NCBI GenBank assembly: GCA_963668645.2
Contig: CAXXWC010000019.1
Span: 1-64,000, forward strand
From: Desulfobacterales bacterium
GTDB taxonomy: Bacteria > Desulfobacterota > Desulfobacteria > Desulfobacterales > UBA2174
Length of the DNA: 64,000 nucleotides
Direction of reading: 5' to 3'
The translations under genes and the position numbers were made by a program. Shown in pieces: positions 19,387-29,428 of the stretch (its first letter is position 1; every line of letters begins with the position of its first letter). The notes beneath the pieces are model-generated. The model was not told the origin of the DNA and made no database searches. It was given only the letters and a program-made list of their open reading frames with translations.

Positions 19387-20760
19387 ATGGCAGATTCTTC
19401 CCCTTTCAAGCAGCCCCAGGCGACAGACTCGCTTCGCGTTCCGCCCCAGAATGTCGAAGCCGAGGCCTCGATCATCAGCGCCGTTCTGATCGACAACACC
19501 ACCCTCAACGATGTGCTGGAAATTCTCAAGCCGGACGATTTTTACCGCACCGCCCACCAGCAGATTTTCTCCGCCATCAGCGACCTTGCGGCCCGCGCAG
19601 AGCCGGTTGACCTGGTCACACTGAACAACCGCCTCAAAGAAACCGGGCAGCTCGAGGCAGTGGGCGGCGCCGCTTACCTGGCCCGCATCGTGGACTCGGC
19701 CCCCCTGGCGGTCAACGCTCCCCACTATGCCCGCATCGTTTACGAAAAGGCCGCCCTGAGACGGCTGATCGAAAAATCCAACGCCATCGCCCGGCGCTGC
19801 TTCGAACACCAGGGAGATCTGGACGAAGTCGTCGATTTTGCCGAAGGCGCCATCTTCGAAATCGCCGAAAACCGGACCCGCAAAAGCTTTTTTCCGCTCA
19901 GTGAGCTGGTGGTCCAGAATTTCGACGCCCTCGAACAGCGGGCCGCCAACAAGTCCCTGCTCACCGGGACGCCGTCCGGTTTCACCGCTCTGGACCACAA
20001 GACCAGCGGCTTTCAAAACAGCGATCTGATCATCCTTGCGGCCCGACCGGCCATGGGCAAGACCGCCCTGGCCCTCAACATGGCCCGCAACGCAGCGGTG
20101 GAAGAAAATGTGCCGGTGGCGATCTTCTCCCTTGAAATGTCCAAGGAGCAGCTTTCCATGCGGCTGCTCTGCGCCGAGGCACGGGTCGATTCCCAGCGTG
20201 TGCGCAGCGGCATGTTCTTCGCCGAGGACTGGGCCAAGCTGACCGACGCGGCCGGGCGCCTGTCCGAAGCCCCCATCTACATCGACGATTCGCCGGACAT
20301 TTCCACCACCACCATCCGTACCAAAACCCGCCGGCTCAAGCTTGAAAAAGACCTGGGCCTGGTGGTGGTCGACTACCTGCAGCTGATGCGGCCCCGGGTT
20401 CCCAGCGAGCGGCGTGATCTGGAAATCAGTGAGATCTCACGTTCCTTGAAACAACTGGCCAAGGAGCTGAATGTGCCGATCATCGCCTTGAGCCAGCTCA
20501 ACCGCATGTTGGAGCAGCGCTCGGACAAACGCCCCGTCCTTTCGGACCTGCGTGAATCCGGCGCCTTGGAACAGGACGCCGATCTGGTGATTTTCATTTA
20601 CCGCGACGAAGTCTACAACAAGGAGGAGACCAACCCCAATCGCGGCAAAGCCGAAGTCATCCTCAGCAAACACCGCAACGGCCCCACCGGAGTGGTGCCG
20701 CTGACCTTCCTTAGCCAGTACACGCGCTTTGAAAACATGGCCGACGAGGCGCTGGGGTGA
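19387..20760 (+). CDS. dnaB: replicative DNA helicase
   Basis: PPQNVEAE, ILAARPAMGKT, FSLEMS, DYLQLM, SQLNR, SDLRESGALEQDAD, KHRNGPTG. No intein. Confidence 0.97.
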   Translation: MADSSPFKQPQATDSLRVPPQNVEAEASIISAVLIDNTTLNDVLEILKPDDFYRTAHQQIFSAISDLAARAEPVDLVTLNNRLKETGQLEAVGGAAYLARIVDSAPLAVNAPHYARIVYEKAALRRLIEKSNAIARRCFEHQGDLDEVVDFAEGAIFEIAENRTRKSFFPLSELVVQNFDALEQRAANKSLLTGTPSGFTALDHKTSGFQNSDLIILAARPAMGKTALALNMARNAAVEENVPVAIFSLEMSKEQLSMRLLCAEARVDSQRVRSGMFFAEDWAKLTDAAGRLSEAPIYIDDSPDISTTTIRTKTRRLKLEKDLGLVVVDYLQLMRPRVPSERRDLEISEISRSLKQLAKELNVPIIALSQLNRMLEQRSDKRPVLSDLRESGALEQDADLVIFIYRDEVYNKEETNPNRGKAEVILSKHRNGPTGVVPLTFLSQYTRFENMADEALG

Positions 20761-20797
20761 TCCGGGCTGGAACAGCAGGCCTTCCGACAGCGATCAG

Positions 20798-22498
20798 ATG
20801 CGTAGAATAACAGGCGACATCAGCGGCTTGAAATCCAACCAGGTCCGGCGCATCGAAGCCCTCTACCGGCGGCGGCTGGCACCCGAAGTCCTTTGCACGC
20901 CCGAGTTGGCCAACGAGCTGGCCCTGCTCTCCACCGAAATTCGGCGCCAGATCGGTCTGCTGGTCGATCGGCGCGGGCGCATCGCCACGGTGATGGTCGG
21001 CGACGGGCAGAAGATCGTCATTCCCGACCTGGACGATTTTCGCGCCGCACCGGGACGGTTGCGCGGTGTACGCTGCCTTCATACCCATCTCAAGGGGGAG
21101 GCCCTGAGCCGGGACGATCTTACCGACCTGGCCCTGCTGCGTCTCGATTTAATGGCCGCCATGACCCTGCGCCCCGACGGCATCCCGGCCGCCTTGCACG
21201 TGGCCCATGTGATGCCGGCCGAGGAGGGGCCCTCCTATCATCTGCTCGATCCGCTTTCGGCCCATCATCCGGATATCGATTGCACCGGGCTGGTGCGCTC
21301 TCTTGAAGAGGAAATGTCACGGATCGTCCACGGCCGGCAGGCGGAACCGGCCGGTGAGCGCGCCGTGCTGGTGAGCGTCACCACTGCGCCGCGCCGCCGG
21401 GCTCTGGCCGGCATGACCGAGCTGCGCCAACTGGCCCTCTCGGGCGGACTGTCTGTGGTTGCCGAAGAGATCCAGCAGCGGCGCAGCATCGATCCGAGAT
21501 TTCTCATGGGATTCGGGAAACTCCAGGAACTGGCCATCGTCGCCTTGCAGCGCGCGGCCACGGTCCTGGTCTTCGACCAGGAACTCAACCCCAGCCAGGG
21601 CCGGGCCATTGCCGAGGCCATCGATCTGAAGGTTATCGATCGCACCCAGTTGATCCTGGACATCTTCGCCCAGCGGGCCCGGTCCCGCGAAGGCCAGCTG
21701 CAGGTCGAACTGGCCCAGCTGCGCTACCGGCTGCCGCGTCTGATCGGCAAGAACCGGGCCATGAGCCGGCTGGCCGGAGGAATCGGCGGCAGGGGGCCGG
21801 GCGAAACCCAGCTGGAAATCGACCGCCGCCGGGTACGCGAACGCATCGCCCGCCTGGAAGAAAGCCTGCTCCAGGTGCGCCGCCAGCGGCGGCAGCAAAA
21901 GTCCCTGCGCCAAAAAAAGGCCGTACCGGTGATTTCCATCGTGGGATACACCAACGCGGGCAAATCGACCCTGCTCAATACCCTGACCCACAGCCGGGTG
22001 GCGGCCGAAGACCGCCTCTTCGCAACCCTCGATCCGTCCAGCCGGCGGTTGCGCTTCCCCCGGGATCTGGAGGTGATCATCACCGACACGGTCGGTTTCA
22101 TCCGGGACCTGCCGGCGGACCTGCGCGTCGCCTTTCGCGCCACCCTGGAAGAACTGGAAATGGCCGATCTGCTCTTGCATGTCATCGACCTGAGCAACCC
22201 GGACCATGGGGCCCAAATCCGCGCGGTGGAAAACCTTTTGGATGAACTGGGCTTGAATGAAATTCCCCGCCTGCGGGTGCTCAACAAGCAGGACCGGCTG
22301 GATGCGCAAACGGCCGCCCAGCTCTGCCGGCGCCTGGGAGGCGTGGCGGTATGCGCCCGCGAGGCCCACAGCCTGGCCCCGTTGATCGAACAGATGCAAA
22401 CCATGATTGAACCGCTGGCCGTGCTCGAAGGTGACGCCATTTCGGACGGCGGGGAGAAAAACGCAGTCGAAGCCGACAGGCGGGATACGCCTTTTTGA
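20798..22498 (+). CDS. hflX: GTPase HflX (N-terminally extended form)
   Basis: DRTQLILDIFAQRA, GGRGPGETQLEIDRR, VGYTNAGKSTL, FATLDP, DTVGFI, NKQD. Confidence 0.95.
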   Translation: MRRITGDISGLKSNQVRRIEALYRRRLAPEVLCTPELANELALLSTEIRRQIGLLVDRRGRIATVMVGDGQKIVIPDLDDFRAAPGRLRGVRCLHTHLKGEALSRDDLTDLALLRLDLMAAMTLRPDGIPAALHVAHVMPAEEGPSYHLLDPLSAHHPDIDCTGLVRSLEEEMSRIVHGRQAEPAGERAVLVSVTTAPRRRALAGMTELRQLALSGGLSVVAEEIQQRRSIDPRFLMGFGKLQELAIVALQRAATVLVFDQELNPSQGRAIAEAIDLKVIDRTQLILDIFAQRARSREGQLQVELAQLRYRLPRLIGKNRAMSRLAGGIGGRGPGETQLEIDRRRVRERIARLEESLLQVRRQRRQQKSLRQKKAVPVISIVGYTNAGKSTLLNTLTHSRVAAEDRLFATLDPSSRRLRFPRDLEVIITDTVGFIRDLPADLRVAFRATLEELEMADLLLHVIDLSNPDHGAQIRAVENLLDELGLNEIPRLRVLNKQDRLDAQTAAQLCRRLGGVAVCAREAHSLAPLIEQMQTMIEPLAVLEGDAISDGGEKNAVEADRRDTPF

Positions 22499-22517
22499 AA
22501 GGGAAAAATTGGAGCAA

Positions 22518-23342
22518 ATGATGCCTCTTGCCGATATCGCCCGCATCGCCCTGCAGGCCGCCGATAGCGGGGCCCAGGCGCTGCGGCGCCATTTCGGCCG
22601 TCTGACACGGGTGGATAAAAAAGGTGCAATCGACCTGGTGACCGAGGCCGATCTGGCCGCCGAAGCCGCCATTGTCTCCACCCTGCGGCGCCACTGCCCG
22701 GACCACGGCATTCTGGCCGAGGAAGGCGGCCTCAGTAACGGGCGGCAAAACGCCTGCTGGATCGTCGATCCGCTGGACGGCACAACCAATTTTGCCCATG
22801 GCCTGCCGATCTTTGCCGTCTCCATCGCCTTTGCCGAAGCCGGACGGATCCGTCACGGTCTCGTGCTCAATCCCGTGGCAGGAGAGTTGTTCCAGGCCAC
22901 CGAAGGGGCCGGGGCGACCCTCAACGGACGCCCGATCCGGGTTTCAACCACCACAAAACTCAACGAGGCCCTGATGGCGACCGGTTTCCCGTATGATCTG
23001 CACACACATCTTGATACAGTGATGGCTCGACTTGGCGCCGGGCTCCGCGCGGCCCAGGGGGTGCGCCGCCTCGGTGCGGCCGCGCTGGATCTGTGCTATG
23101 TGGCCTGCGGCCGGTTCGACGGGTTCTGGGAAGAGCACCTCAAGCCGTGGGACACAGCCGCCGGGGCCCTGCTGGTCAGCGAGGCGGGAGGCCGGGTAAC
23201 CGATCTGGCGGCAAATCACTTTAAGCCCGAAATGGCGTCCATCGTGGCCACCAACGCACGGATTCACCAGCGGCTGCTCGAAACACTGCGCATTTCAGGG
23301 CAACCGGATCGATATTCAGACAGGAGGACGGACGATGAATGA
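22518..23342 (+). CDS. suhB: inositol monophosphatase family protein
   Basis: DLVTEAD, WIVDPLDGTTNF, RRLGAAALD, WDTAAG. Confidence 0.93.
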   Translation: MMPLADIARIALQAADSGAQALRRHFGRLTRVDKKGAIDLVTEADLAAEAAIVSTLRRHCPDHGILAEEGGLSNGRQNACWIVDPLDGTTNFAHGLPIFAVSIAFAEAGRIRHGLVLNPVAGELFQATEGAGATLNGRPIRVSTTTKLNEALMATGFPYDLHTHLDTVMARLGAGLRAAQGVRRLGAAALDLCYVACGRFDGFWEEHLKPWDTAAGALLVSEAGGRVTDLAANHFKPEMASIVATNARIHQRLLETLRISGQPDRYSDRRTDDE

Positions 23343-23526
23343 GGCGCTTCAGGTTCTTTCCTCCGCGGCGCATATCGGCTGCTTCGGCCAATTCAGCGCC
23401 GACGATCGGATCTGCCGCAGCCGCTGCGCCCTGCGGCTGCGCTGCGCGGTCGTCAGCGCCGAACAGCAACGCCAGCTGATTCTCGATGCCCTGGAAGCCG
23501 ATGAGGATGATCTGTTCGATTATTGA
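23335..23526 (+). CDS. small Cys-rich hypothetical protein
   Basis: AGGAGG RBS, overlaps the suhB stop; CFG-x8-C-x3-C-x5-C and an acidic tail. Confidence 0.6.
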   Translation: MNEALQVLSSAAHIGCFGQFSADDRICRSRCALRLRCAVVSAEQQRQLILDALEADEDDLFDY

Positions 23527-23601
23527 TTTGGGGTGAAATCAACCCCGGGGCGAGGCGCCGGTGCCCCTGTTCCGGGCACCGCCCGGAATCCGGCCTTTCC
23601 C

Positions 23602-24957
23602 TTAGAAATCACCGCTGTCGAGCCGCTCACAGATCATCTCCACCTGGCGCCGCAGCTGGTGATCGGTGCGGATCCCGCGTTCGATGCATTGAATCGAATG
23701 CATGGCCGTGGCATGGTAGCGGTTGAAACTGCGCCCAATGGCTTCCAGAGGGGTATCGGTGTAGGCCCGCGACAGGTAAATGGCCACCTGCCGTGGGCGC
23801 ACGTGACACTTTTTGCGCGAGGGCGAGACCATATCGTTCACCGCCACGCGGTACTGGCGGCTGACGAGTTTCTTGATCGCCTCGATGGTGACGGCTTTGC
23901 GCGCCCGCACGATGGTGCTCACCACCGCTTGGGCCAGGTCCAGGTCTATCGGCATGCCCAGCAGATTGGACTTGGCCGTGATGCCGACCAAGCCGCTTTC
24001 CAGCTGGCGCACGTCCTCGTGCAGTTCCCCGGCCAGATACTCCACCACCGCTTCGGGCAGATGCGTCCCTTTTGAGGCGGCCTTCTTTTTCAGAATACGT
24101 GCCCGGGTCCGAAAATTGGGCGGCTCGATGCGCGAGATCAACCCGTTGGAAAGCCGGGAGCAGAGCTTGTCATTGATACGGGGAATCTCGTTGGGCAGGC
24201 AGCAGCTCGAAAAAATGATCTTCTTGCCGCTTTCCTGCAGGCTGTCGAGGGTCTGGGCCAGCTCGATCTGGGTCCGCTCTTTGCCGGTCAGGTAGTGGAC
24301 GTCTTCGAGCAGCAACACGTCGCAACCGTTGCGATACTTGTCTTTAAAGCGGACCACCTGGTCGCTCTGGAAGGCCTGGACCAGCTCCTGGGTAAAATCC
24401 TCGACGGTGGTGTAAAAGACCAGCTCGGATCTCGAGTGGGAGATGATATGGTGGCCGATGGCCTGGGACAGGTGGCTCTTGCCCATCCCGGGACGCGAGA
24501 TGAGATAAAGAGCGCTCTGGTCGTTTTGCCGGGCGTTGGCCAGCGACAGCGCGGCGCTGTAGGCAAAGTCATTGTTGCCGCCCACCACGAACTGGTCGAA
24601 GGTAAAATCGCGGCGCAGCAAGCGGCCGTTATGAAAACGCAACCCCTCCTCGGGCAGGGGAAGCTGCTGGGGGGTCGATTTTCCCCGGGCCTCGCTTGCG
24701 TTGGTGGATCCGACCTCGATGCTCACCTGGCAGGGATGGCCGGCCGCCTCGGAAAGCACCGTAGCGAGCAGGTCCTTGTAGTGCTCCAACACGCGCTTGC
24801 GCGAAAAGAAATTCGGGGCCAGCAGCACCACAGAACCGTTGTGCCACGATTTGAGCCCCAACGGCTCGATCCACATCCGGTAGCTGTGAGCGGCAACGCG
24901 TTTTTCAATGGCCGACTTGGCCTTGGTCCATTGCGTATTCATACAGAGGTTCATCAC
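23602..24957 (-). CDS. dnaA: DnaA-family replication initiator paralog (DnaA2)
   Basis: WIEPL (domain I), FTFDQFVVGGNN, PGMGKSHL, LLLEDV, SRLSNGL, VRQLES, RPRQVAIYL. No dnaN adjacent. The start may be 24942. Confidence 0.85.
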   Translation of the reverse strand: MMNLCMNTQWTKAKSAIEKRVAAHSYRMWIEPLGLKSWHNGSVVLLAPNFFSRKRVLEHYKDLLATVLSEAAGHPCQVSIEVGSTNASEARGKSTPQQLPLPEEGLRFHNGRLLRRDFTFDQFVVGGNNDFAYSAALSLANARQNDQSALYLISRPGMGKSHLSQAIGHHIISHSRSELVFYTTVEDFTQELVQAFQSDQVVRFKDKYRNGCDVLLLEDVHYLTGKERTQIELAQTLDSLQESGKKIIFSSCCLPNEIPRINDKLCSRLSNGLISRIEPPNFRTRARILKKKAASKGTHLPEAVVEYLAGELHEDVRQLESGLVGITAKSNLLGMPIDLDLAQAVVSTIVRARKAVTIEAIKKLVSRQYRVAVNDMVSPSRKKCHVRPRQVAIYLSRAYTDTPLEAIGRSFNRYHATAMHSIQCIERGIRTDHQLRRQVEMICERLDSGDF

Positions 24958-25366
24958 GATGCACGGCTGGAAAAATACTCGCCGCAGGTCGCCCCGTACA
25001 AGGGAGGTGGAGGGTAAAATCCAACAGATTTCCGGATTTCTGTTTGTTCTGGGAAATCTCGGTCTGGTTCAAACAAACGTGGCCCATTTTGTAGTGCCCC
25101 CCCGGACGGATGTCAAACCGGAAGATCCCAGGTTACCCCGGGTGTCCCGGGAAGTTATCAACAAGTTTTATCTATTTGTAATTATACGACATATATTCAC
25201 CATCGGAACAACCCTTTTTAAATACTCGTTTTTTGATCACCAAAATTCGCCAAGCATTCTAACGAGATCCAAATATTTGGTCCCCGGGGGGGCAACCCAC
25301 TAAACTGCGAATACCTACGTTTTTCTACGAATAGCACCTATTTTCTTCTTTGACTGGAAACCGGCC

Positions 25367-28243
25367 ATGAATCCACCTGTTACAGCCCTGCCGGACGGCG
25401 CCGACCGGATTACGGTCCGCGGCGCACGTCAGCACAACCTGAAAAATATCGACCTGCAACTGCCGCGAAACCGTTTGATCGTCGTGACCGGATTGTCCGG
25501 CAGCGGCAAGTCGACCCTGGCTTTCGACACCCTCTATGCCGAAGGCCAAAGGCGCTACGTCGAATCGCTGTCCACCTACGCCCGCCAGTTCCTGGAACGG
25601 CTCGACAAGCCGGACGTCGACCTGATCGAGGGGTTGTCGCCGGCCATTGCCATCGAGCAAAAAAGCGCCAGCCACAATCCGCGTTCCACCGTCGGTACGG
25701 TCACCGAGATTTACGACTACCTGCGGCTGCTTTACGCCCGCGCCGGCACGCCGTTTTGCACGGCCTGCAACCTGCCGATCGCCGGCCAGAGCGTCGACCA
25801 GATGATCGAACAGATCCTCTCCCTGCCCCGGGACAGTCGCATTTTGCTACTCGCGCCGCTGGCCGCCAGCGGTGCGGCGGAACTGGCCAAGCTGCTCCAA
25901 CGGCTGCGGAAAGATGGATTTGCACGGGTGATGCTCGACGAGAAAGTCTACGACATCGAGGCCGTTGCGCCGCTCAAGCGCGGGGCGGCCCACACCATCG
26001 CCGCAGTGGTGGACCGACTGATCGTCAAGCCCGAAATGCGCAAACGCCTGGCCGATTCCCTCGAACTGGCACTCTCGCTTTCAGGGGGGCAGGCCCGTAT
26101 CGAACGTCTCCGGGGAGATCACGACCCGCCCGAAACCTGGACATTCAGTGAAAAAGCGGCCTGTCCCCGGTGCCGTTCCACCTACCCGCCGCTTACCCCG
26201 GCCGCCTTTTCCTTCAATTCGCCCCAGGGCGCCTGCCCGGCTTGCAACGGATTGGGCACCAGCACGACCTTAGATCCGCAGCGCCTGGTACCGGACCCGG
26301 GCCTGAACCTGCGCGAAGGGGCTATCGCTCCCTGGGCCCATCGCAACAACGTCGTTTTCGCCGAATTTCTCGAAGCGCTGACCTCGGCCTATCAGGTGGA
26401 CATCTACACCCCCTGGGCCGAGCTGCCCGAGGGGTTCCGCCAGGTGCTGCTCCACGGATCGGGAGAGCGCAAACTCCCCTTTTACACCGTGCGCAGCGGC
26501 CGGCGGCACCTGACCCCCAGAACCTTCGAAGGCCTGATCCCCAATTTGCAGCGGCGCTACCTGGAGACCGATTCGGCCCAGGTGCGCGAAGAGATCGAGC
26601 GCTACATGAGTTTCCAGCCCTGCCCGGTCTGCCTCGGGGCCAGGCTCAATCCGGCCAGCCGCAATGTGCGGATCGCGGATGTGGCGATCCACCAGTTGAC
26701 CGCCCTGACGGTGGACCGGGCCTTGGCCTTCATCGAGGGATTATCCCTGAACGGGCGCCAGGCCGCCATCGCCCGGCCGATTTTGCGCGAAATCAGCCTG
26801 AGACTCGGTTTCTTGGTGCAGGTGGGGCTCAATTACCTGACCCTTGACCGTTCGGCCGCCACTTTGTCAGGCGGCGAAAGCCAGCGCATCCGCCTGGCGA
26901 CCCAGATCGGCTCGCGCCTGACCGGAGTCCTCTACGTCCTGGACGAGCCGAGCATCGGGCTGCATCCGCGCGATCACCGCCGGCTGCTGGACGCTCTTTG
27001 CCGCATGCGCGATCTGGGCAATACGGTGCTGGTGGTCGAGCACGACAGCGAGACCATCCAAACGGCCGATCATGTGGTGGACATGGGGCCGGGCGCCGGG
27101 GTCAAGGGAGGCCGGGTGGTGTACAGCGGCCCGCCTGCCGGGCTGCTCACCAGCGCGGAATCGCTTACCGGCCAGTACCTTTCAGGCCGGCTGCGCATCC
27201 CCATGCCGGCGGTGCGCCGCAGCGGCAACGGTCAGCGCCTGGTCCTCAGCGGGGCGGCAGCCAACAACCTCAAATCCATCGAGGCGGCCTTTCCCCTGGG
27301 ATGCTTGATCGGGGTGACCGGCGTTTCCGGTTCGGGCAAATCGACCCTGATTCTCGAAACCCTCTATCCGTTGCTGGCCCGCCGGCTCCACGGGGCCAAT
27401 CTGCAGCCCGGGGCCCACCAGGCTTTTACCGGCATCGAGTACGTCGACAAAGTGCTGCACATCGATCAATCGCCCATCGGACGCACGCCCCGCTCCAACC
27501 CGGGCACCTATACCGGTCTGTTCGGTCATATCCGCGAGCGCTTCGCCCGCACCGCCGAGGCGCGCATGCGCGGCTACCGGCCCGGGCGCTTCAGCTTCAA
27601 TGTCAAGGGAGGACGCTGCGAGGCGTGCGGCGGGGACGGGATCGTGCGCATCGAGATGCATTTTCTGCCGGATGTCTACGTGACCTGCGATGTCTGCCAG
27701 GGCCGGCGCTACAACCGCGAAACCCTCGAAATCCGCTACAAGGGCAAGAACATCGCCGAAGTCCTTGAAATGACGGTCAACCAGGCCTTGGACTTTTTCG
27801 GACGGATTCCCGGGGCCCGGGAAAAACTCGTTACCCTGCGCGAGGTCGGACTCGGCTATATCCGTCTGGGCCAGGCGGCCACGACCCTTTCCGGCGGCGA
27901 GGCCCAGCGTATCAAGCTGGCCCGCGAGCTGAGCCGCAAGGCCACCGGCCGCAGCGTCTATATCCTCGACGAGCCGACCACCGGCCTGCACATCGATGAC
28001 GTTCGCCAGCTGCTCGAGGTGCTCCAGCGCCTGGTGGACGCAGGCAATACGGTGATCGTCATCGAGCACCATCTGGACGTGATCAAGTGCGCCGATTACA
28101 TCATCGATCTGGGCCCCGAAGGGGGCGAGGCCGGGGGATGCATCGTGGCCACCGGAACCCCCGAATCGGTCGCCGCCGCACCCCAATCCCACACGGGGCG
28201 ATTTCTGCAGCGCGTGATAGCGGAGGATGCTGCGCGGATTTGA
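25367..28243 (+). CDS. uvrA: excinuclease ABC subunit A
   Basis: GARQHNLKN, GLSGSGKS, EGQRRYVESLS, LSGGESQRIRLA, second ABC module GVSGSGKS and zinc fingers. Confidence 0.98.
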   Translation: MNPPVTALPDGADRITVRGARQHNLKNIDLQLPRNRLIVVTGLSGSGKSTLAFDTLYAEGQRRYVESLSTYARQFLERLDKPDVDLIEGLSPAIAIEQKSASHNPRSTVGTVTEIYDYLRLLYARAGTPFCTACNLPIAGQSVDQMIEQILSLPRDSRILLLAPLAASGAAELAKLLQRLRKDGFARVMLDEKVYDIEAVAPLKRGAAHTIAAVVDRLIVKPEMRKRLADSLELALSLSGGQARIERLRGDHDPPETWTFSEKAACPRCRSTYPPLTPAAFSFNSPQGACPACNGLGTSTTLDPQRLVPDPGLNLREGAIAPWAHRNNVVFAEFLEALTSAYQVDIYTPWAELPEGFRQVLLHGSGERKLPFYTVRSGRRHLTPRTFEGLIPNLQRRYLETDSAQVREEIERYMSFQPCPVCLGARLNPASRNVRIADVAIHQLTALTVDRALAFIEGLSLNGRQAAIARPILREISLRLGFLVQVGLNYLTLDRSAATLSGGESQRIRLATQIGSRLTGVLYVLDEPSIGLHPRDHRRLLDALCRMRDLGNTVLVVEHDSETIQTADHVVDMGPGAGVKGGRVVYSGPPAGLLTSAESLTGQYLSGRLRIPMPAVRRSGNGQRLVLSGAAANNLKSIEAAFPLGCLIGVTGVSGSGKSTLILETLYPLLARRLHGANLQPGAHQAFTGIEYVDKVLHIDQSPIGRTPRSNPGTYTGLFGHIRERFARTAEARMRGYRPGRFSFNVKGGRCEACGGDGIVRIEMHFLPDVYVTCDVCQGRRYNRETLEIRYKGKNIAEVLEMTVNQALDFFGRIPGAREKLVTLREVGLGYIRLGQAATTLSGGEAQRIKLARELSRKATGRSVYILDEPTTGLHIDDVRQLLEVLQRLVDAGNTVIVIEHHLDVIKCADYIIDLGPEGGEAGGCIVATGTPESVAAAPQSHTGRFLQRVIAEDAARI

Positions 28244-28280
28244 AACTTCAAATTTGAGATTCGAGATGCGTCGCACGGAC

Positions 28281-28320
28281 AAAAAAAAACCGCGTCCCGT
28301 TGAGGAGACGCGGTTTTTTT
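28281..28320. terminator. bidirectional terminator between uvrA and atpE
   Basis: A9-CCGCGTC...GACGCGG-T7. Confidence 0.85.
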
Positions 28321-28336
28321 GATCGTGCGATGCGCT

Positions 28337-28621
28337 TTAGTGGGCGGCGAACAACCCGGCGATCGCAGCGGCCTGCGGATGCGCATAGATCAGAATCAGG
28401 GACACGACCAGCGCGTAAATACACAGCGACTCGATCATGGCCAGACCGATCAGCATGGTCACGGTGACCTTACCGGAAGATTCCGGATTGCGCGCGATGC
28501 CTTCCACGGCGCTCTTGAGGCCAAGCCCCTGACCCAGGCCGCAACCGAAAGCGGCGATGGCGATGCCGAAACCGGCGGCCGTCACACAGGCGATAAAAAA
28601 CTGCAAAGCTTGAGCTTCCAT
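28337..28621 (-). CDS. atpE: ATP synthase F0 subunit c
   Basis: GLGQG, ARNPE, IESLCIY. Confidence 0.96.
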   Translation of the reverse strand: MEAQALQFFIACVTAAGFGIAIAAFGCGLGQGLGLKSAVEGIARNPESSGKVTVTMLIGLAMIESLCIYALVVSLILIYAHPQAAAIAGLFAAH

Positions 28622-28736
28622 TGAGACGCTACCTCCTTTGATAAATGATGGTTTTTGGCTTCTTCCGTTATCCCGCGTTATCCCGCTATTTTACGACCCG
28701 CATCGTAAAATCCAGTGATAAAAATCCGGCCCTCGA

Positions 28737-29426
28737 TCAGTGGGCGTGCTCCATGGCGCCGGTAAAATACATGATCGAGAGCAGGAAAAAGACAAAGGCC
28801 TGTACCATGGCCACAAAAATCCCCAACGCCATGATGGGCAGGGGGGCGAAAAAGGCGCCCGCCAGCATGAAAAGGATGAACAGCACCAGCTCGTGGCCCA
28901 TCATATTGCCGAAAAGACGGAAGCTGAGCGAGAGGATCCGCGCCAGGTGGCCGATGATCTCGATGGGCATGATGATCGGCACCATCCACCATACCGGTCC
29001 CATGAAATGCTTGATATAGCCGGCCCCATGGTACTTGATCCCGATAATGTGGGTAAAAACGACCACCACCAGGGCGCACGATAGCGTGGTATTGAGACTG
29101 GCCGTGGGCGGGAAGAAACCGGGCACCAGGCCGATGAGGTTGCACGTCAGGATGTAGAGAAACACCGTAGCCGCGATGGGCAGCAGCCAACGGCCTTCCT
29201 CGCCGGTGACGGTTACCATGAAGTCTTCGATCCCGCCGACCAGGATTTCGAAAAAGTTTTGCCCTTTGCCCGGAATCAGACTGACCGTTTTGGCCGCCAG
29301 GGCTCCGGCGATGATCAAAATCGCCATCACCACCCAGGAATAGACCACGTGGGGATAGTGATGGGCAAAGCTGCCCAGTCCGACGGCTTCAAACAACTTG
29401 ACGAAGAAAAGATAGGGGTGTTCCAT
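28737..29426 (-). CDS. atpB: ATP synthase F0 subunit a
   Basis: NLIGLVPG..PPTA, SLSFRLFGNM, QAFVF. GGAGG RBS before the ATG at 29426. Confidence 0.95.
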   Translation of the reverse strand: MEHPYLFFVKLFEAVGLGSFAHHYPHVVYSWVVMAILIIAGALAAKTVSLIPGKGQNFFEILVGGIEDFMVTVTGEEGRWLLPIAATVFLYILTCNLIGLVPGFFPPTASLNTTLSCALVVVVFTHIIGIKYHGAGYIKHFMGPVWWMVPIIMPIEIIGHLARILSLSFRLFGNMMGHELVLFILFMLAGAFFAPLPIMALGIFVAMVQAFVFFLLSIMYFTGAMEHAH

Positions 29427-29428
29427 GC

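Noticed and set aside
21317..22825. Long antisense ORFs (here, and 48973-50346, 60573-62426, 27182-28282)
   Set aside because: These are antisense shadows of hflX, hisS/aspS, the surface protein and uvrA, expected at high GC3; they carry no motifs.
24958..25366. Chromosomal origin oriC
   Set aside because: Only one imperfect DnaA box is visible and there is no dnaN/gyrB context. AT-richness is explained by divergent promoters.
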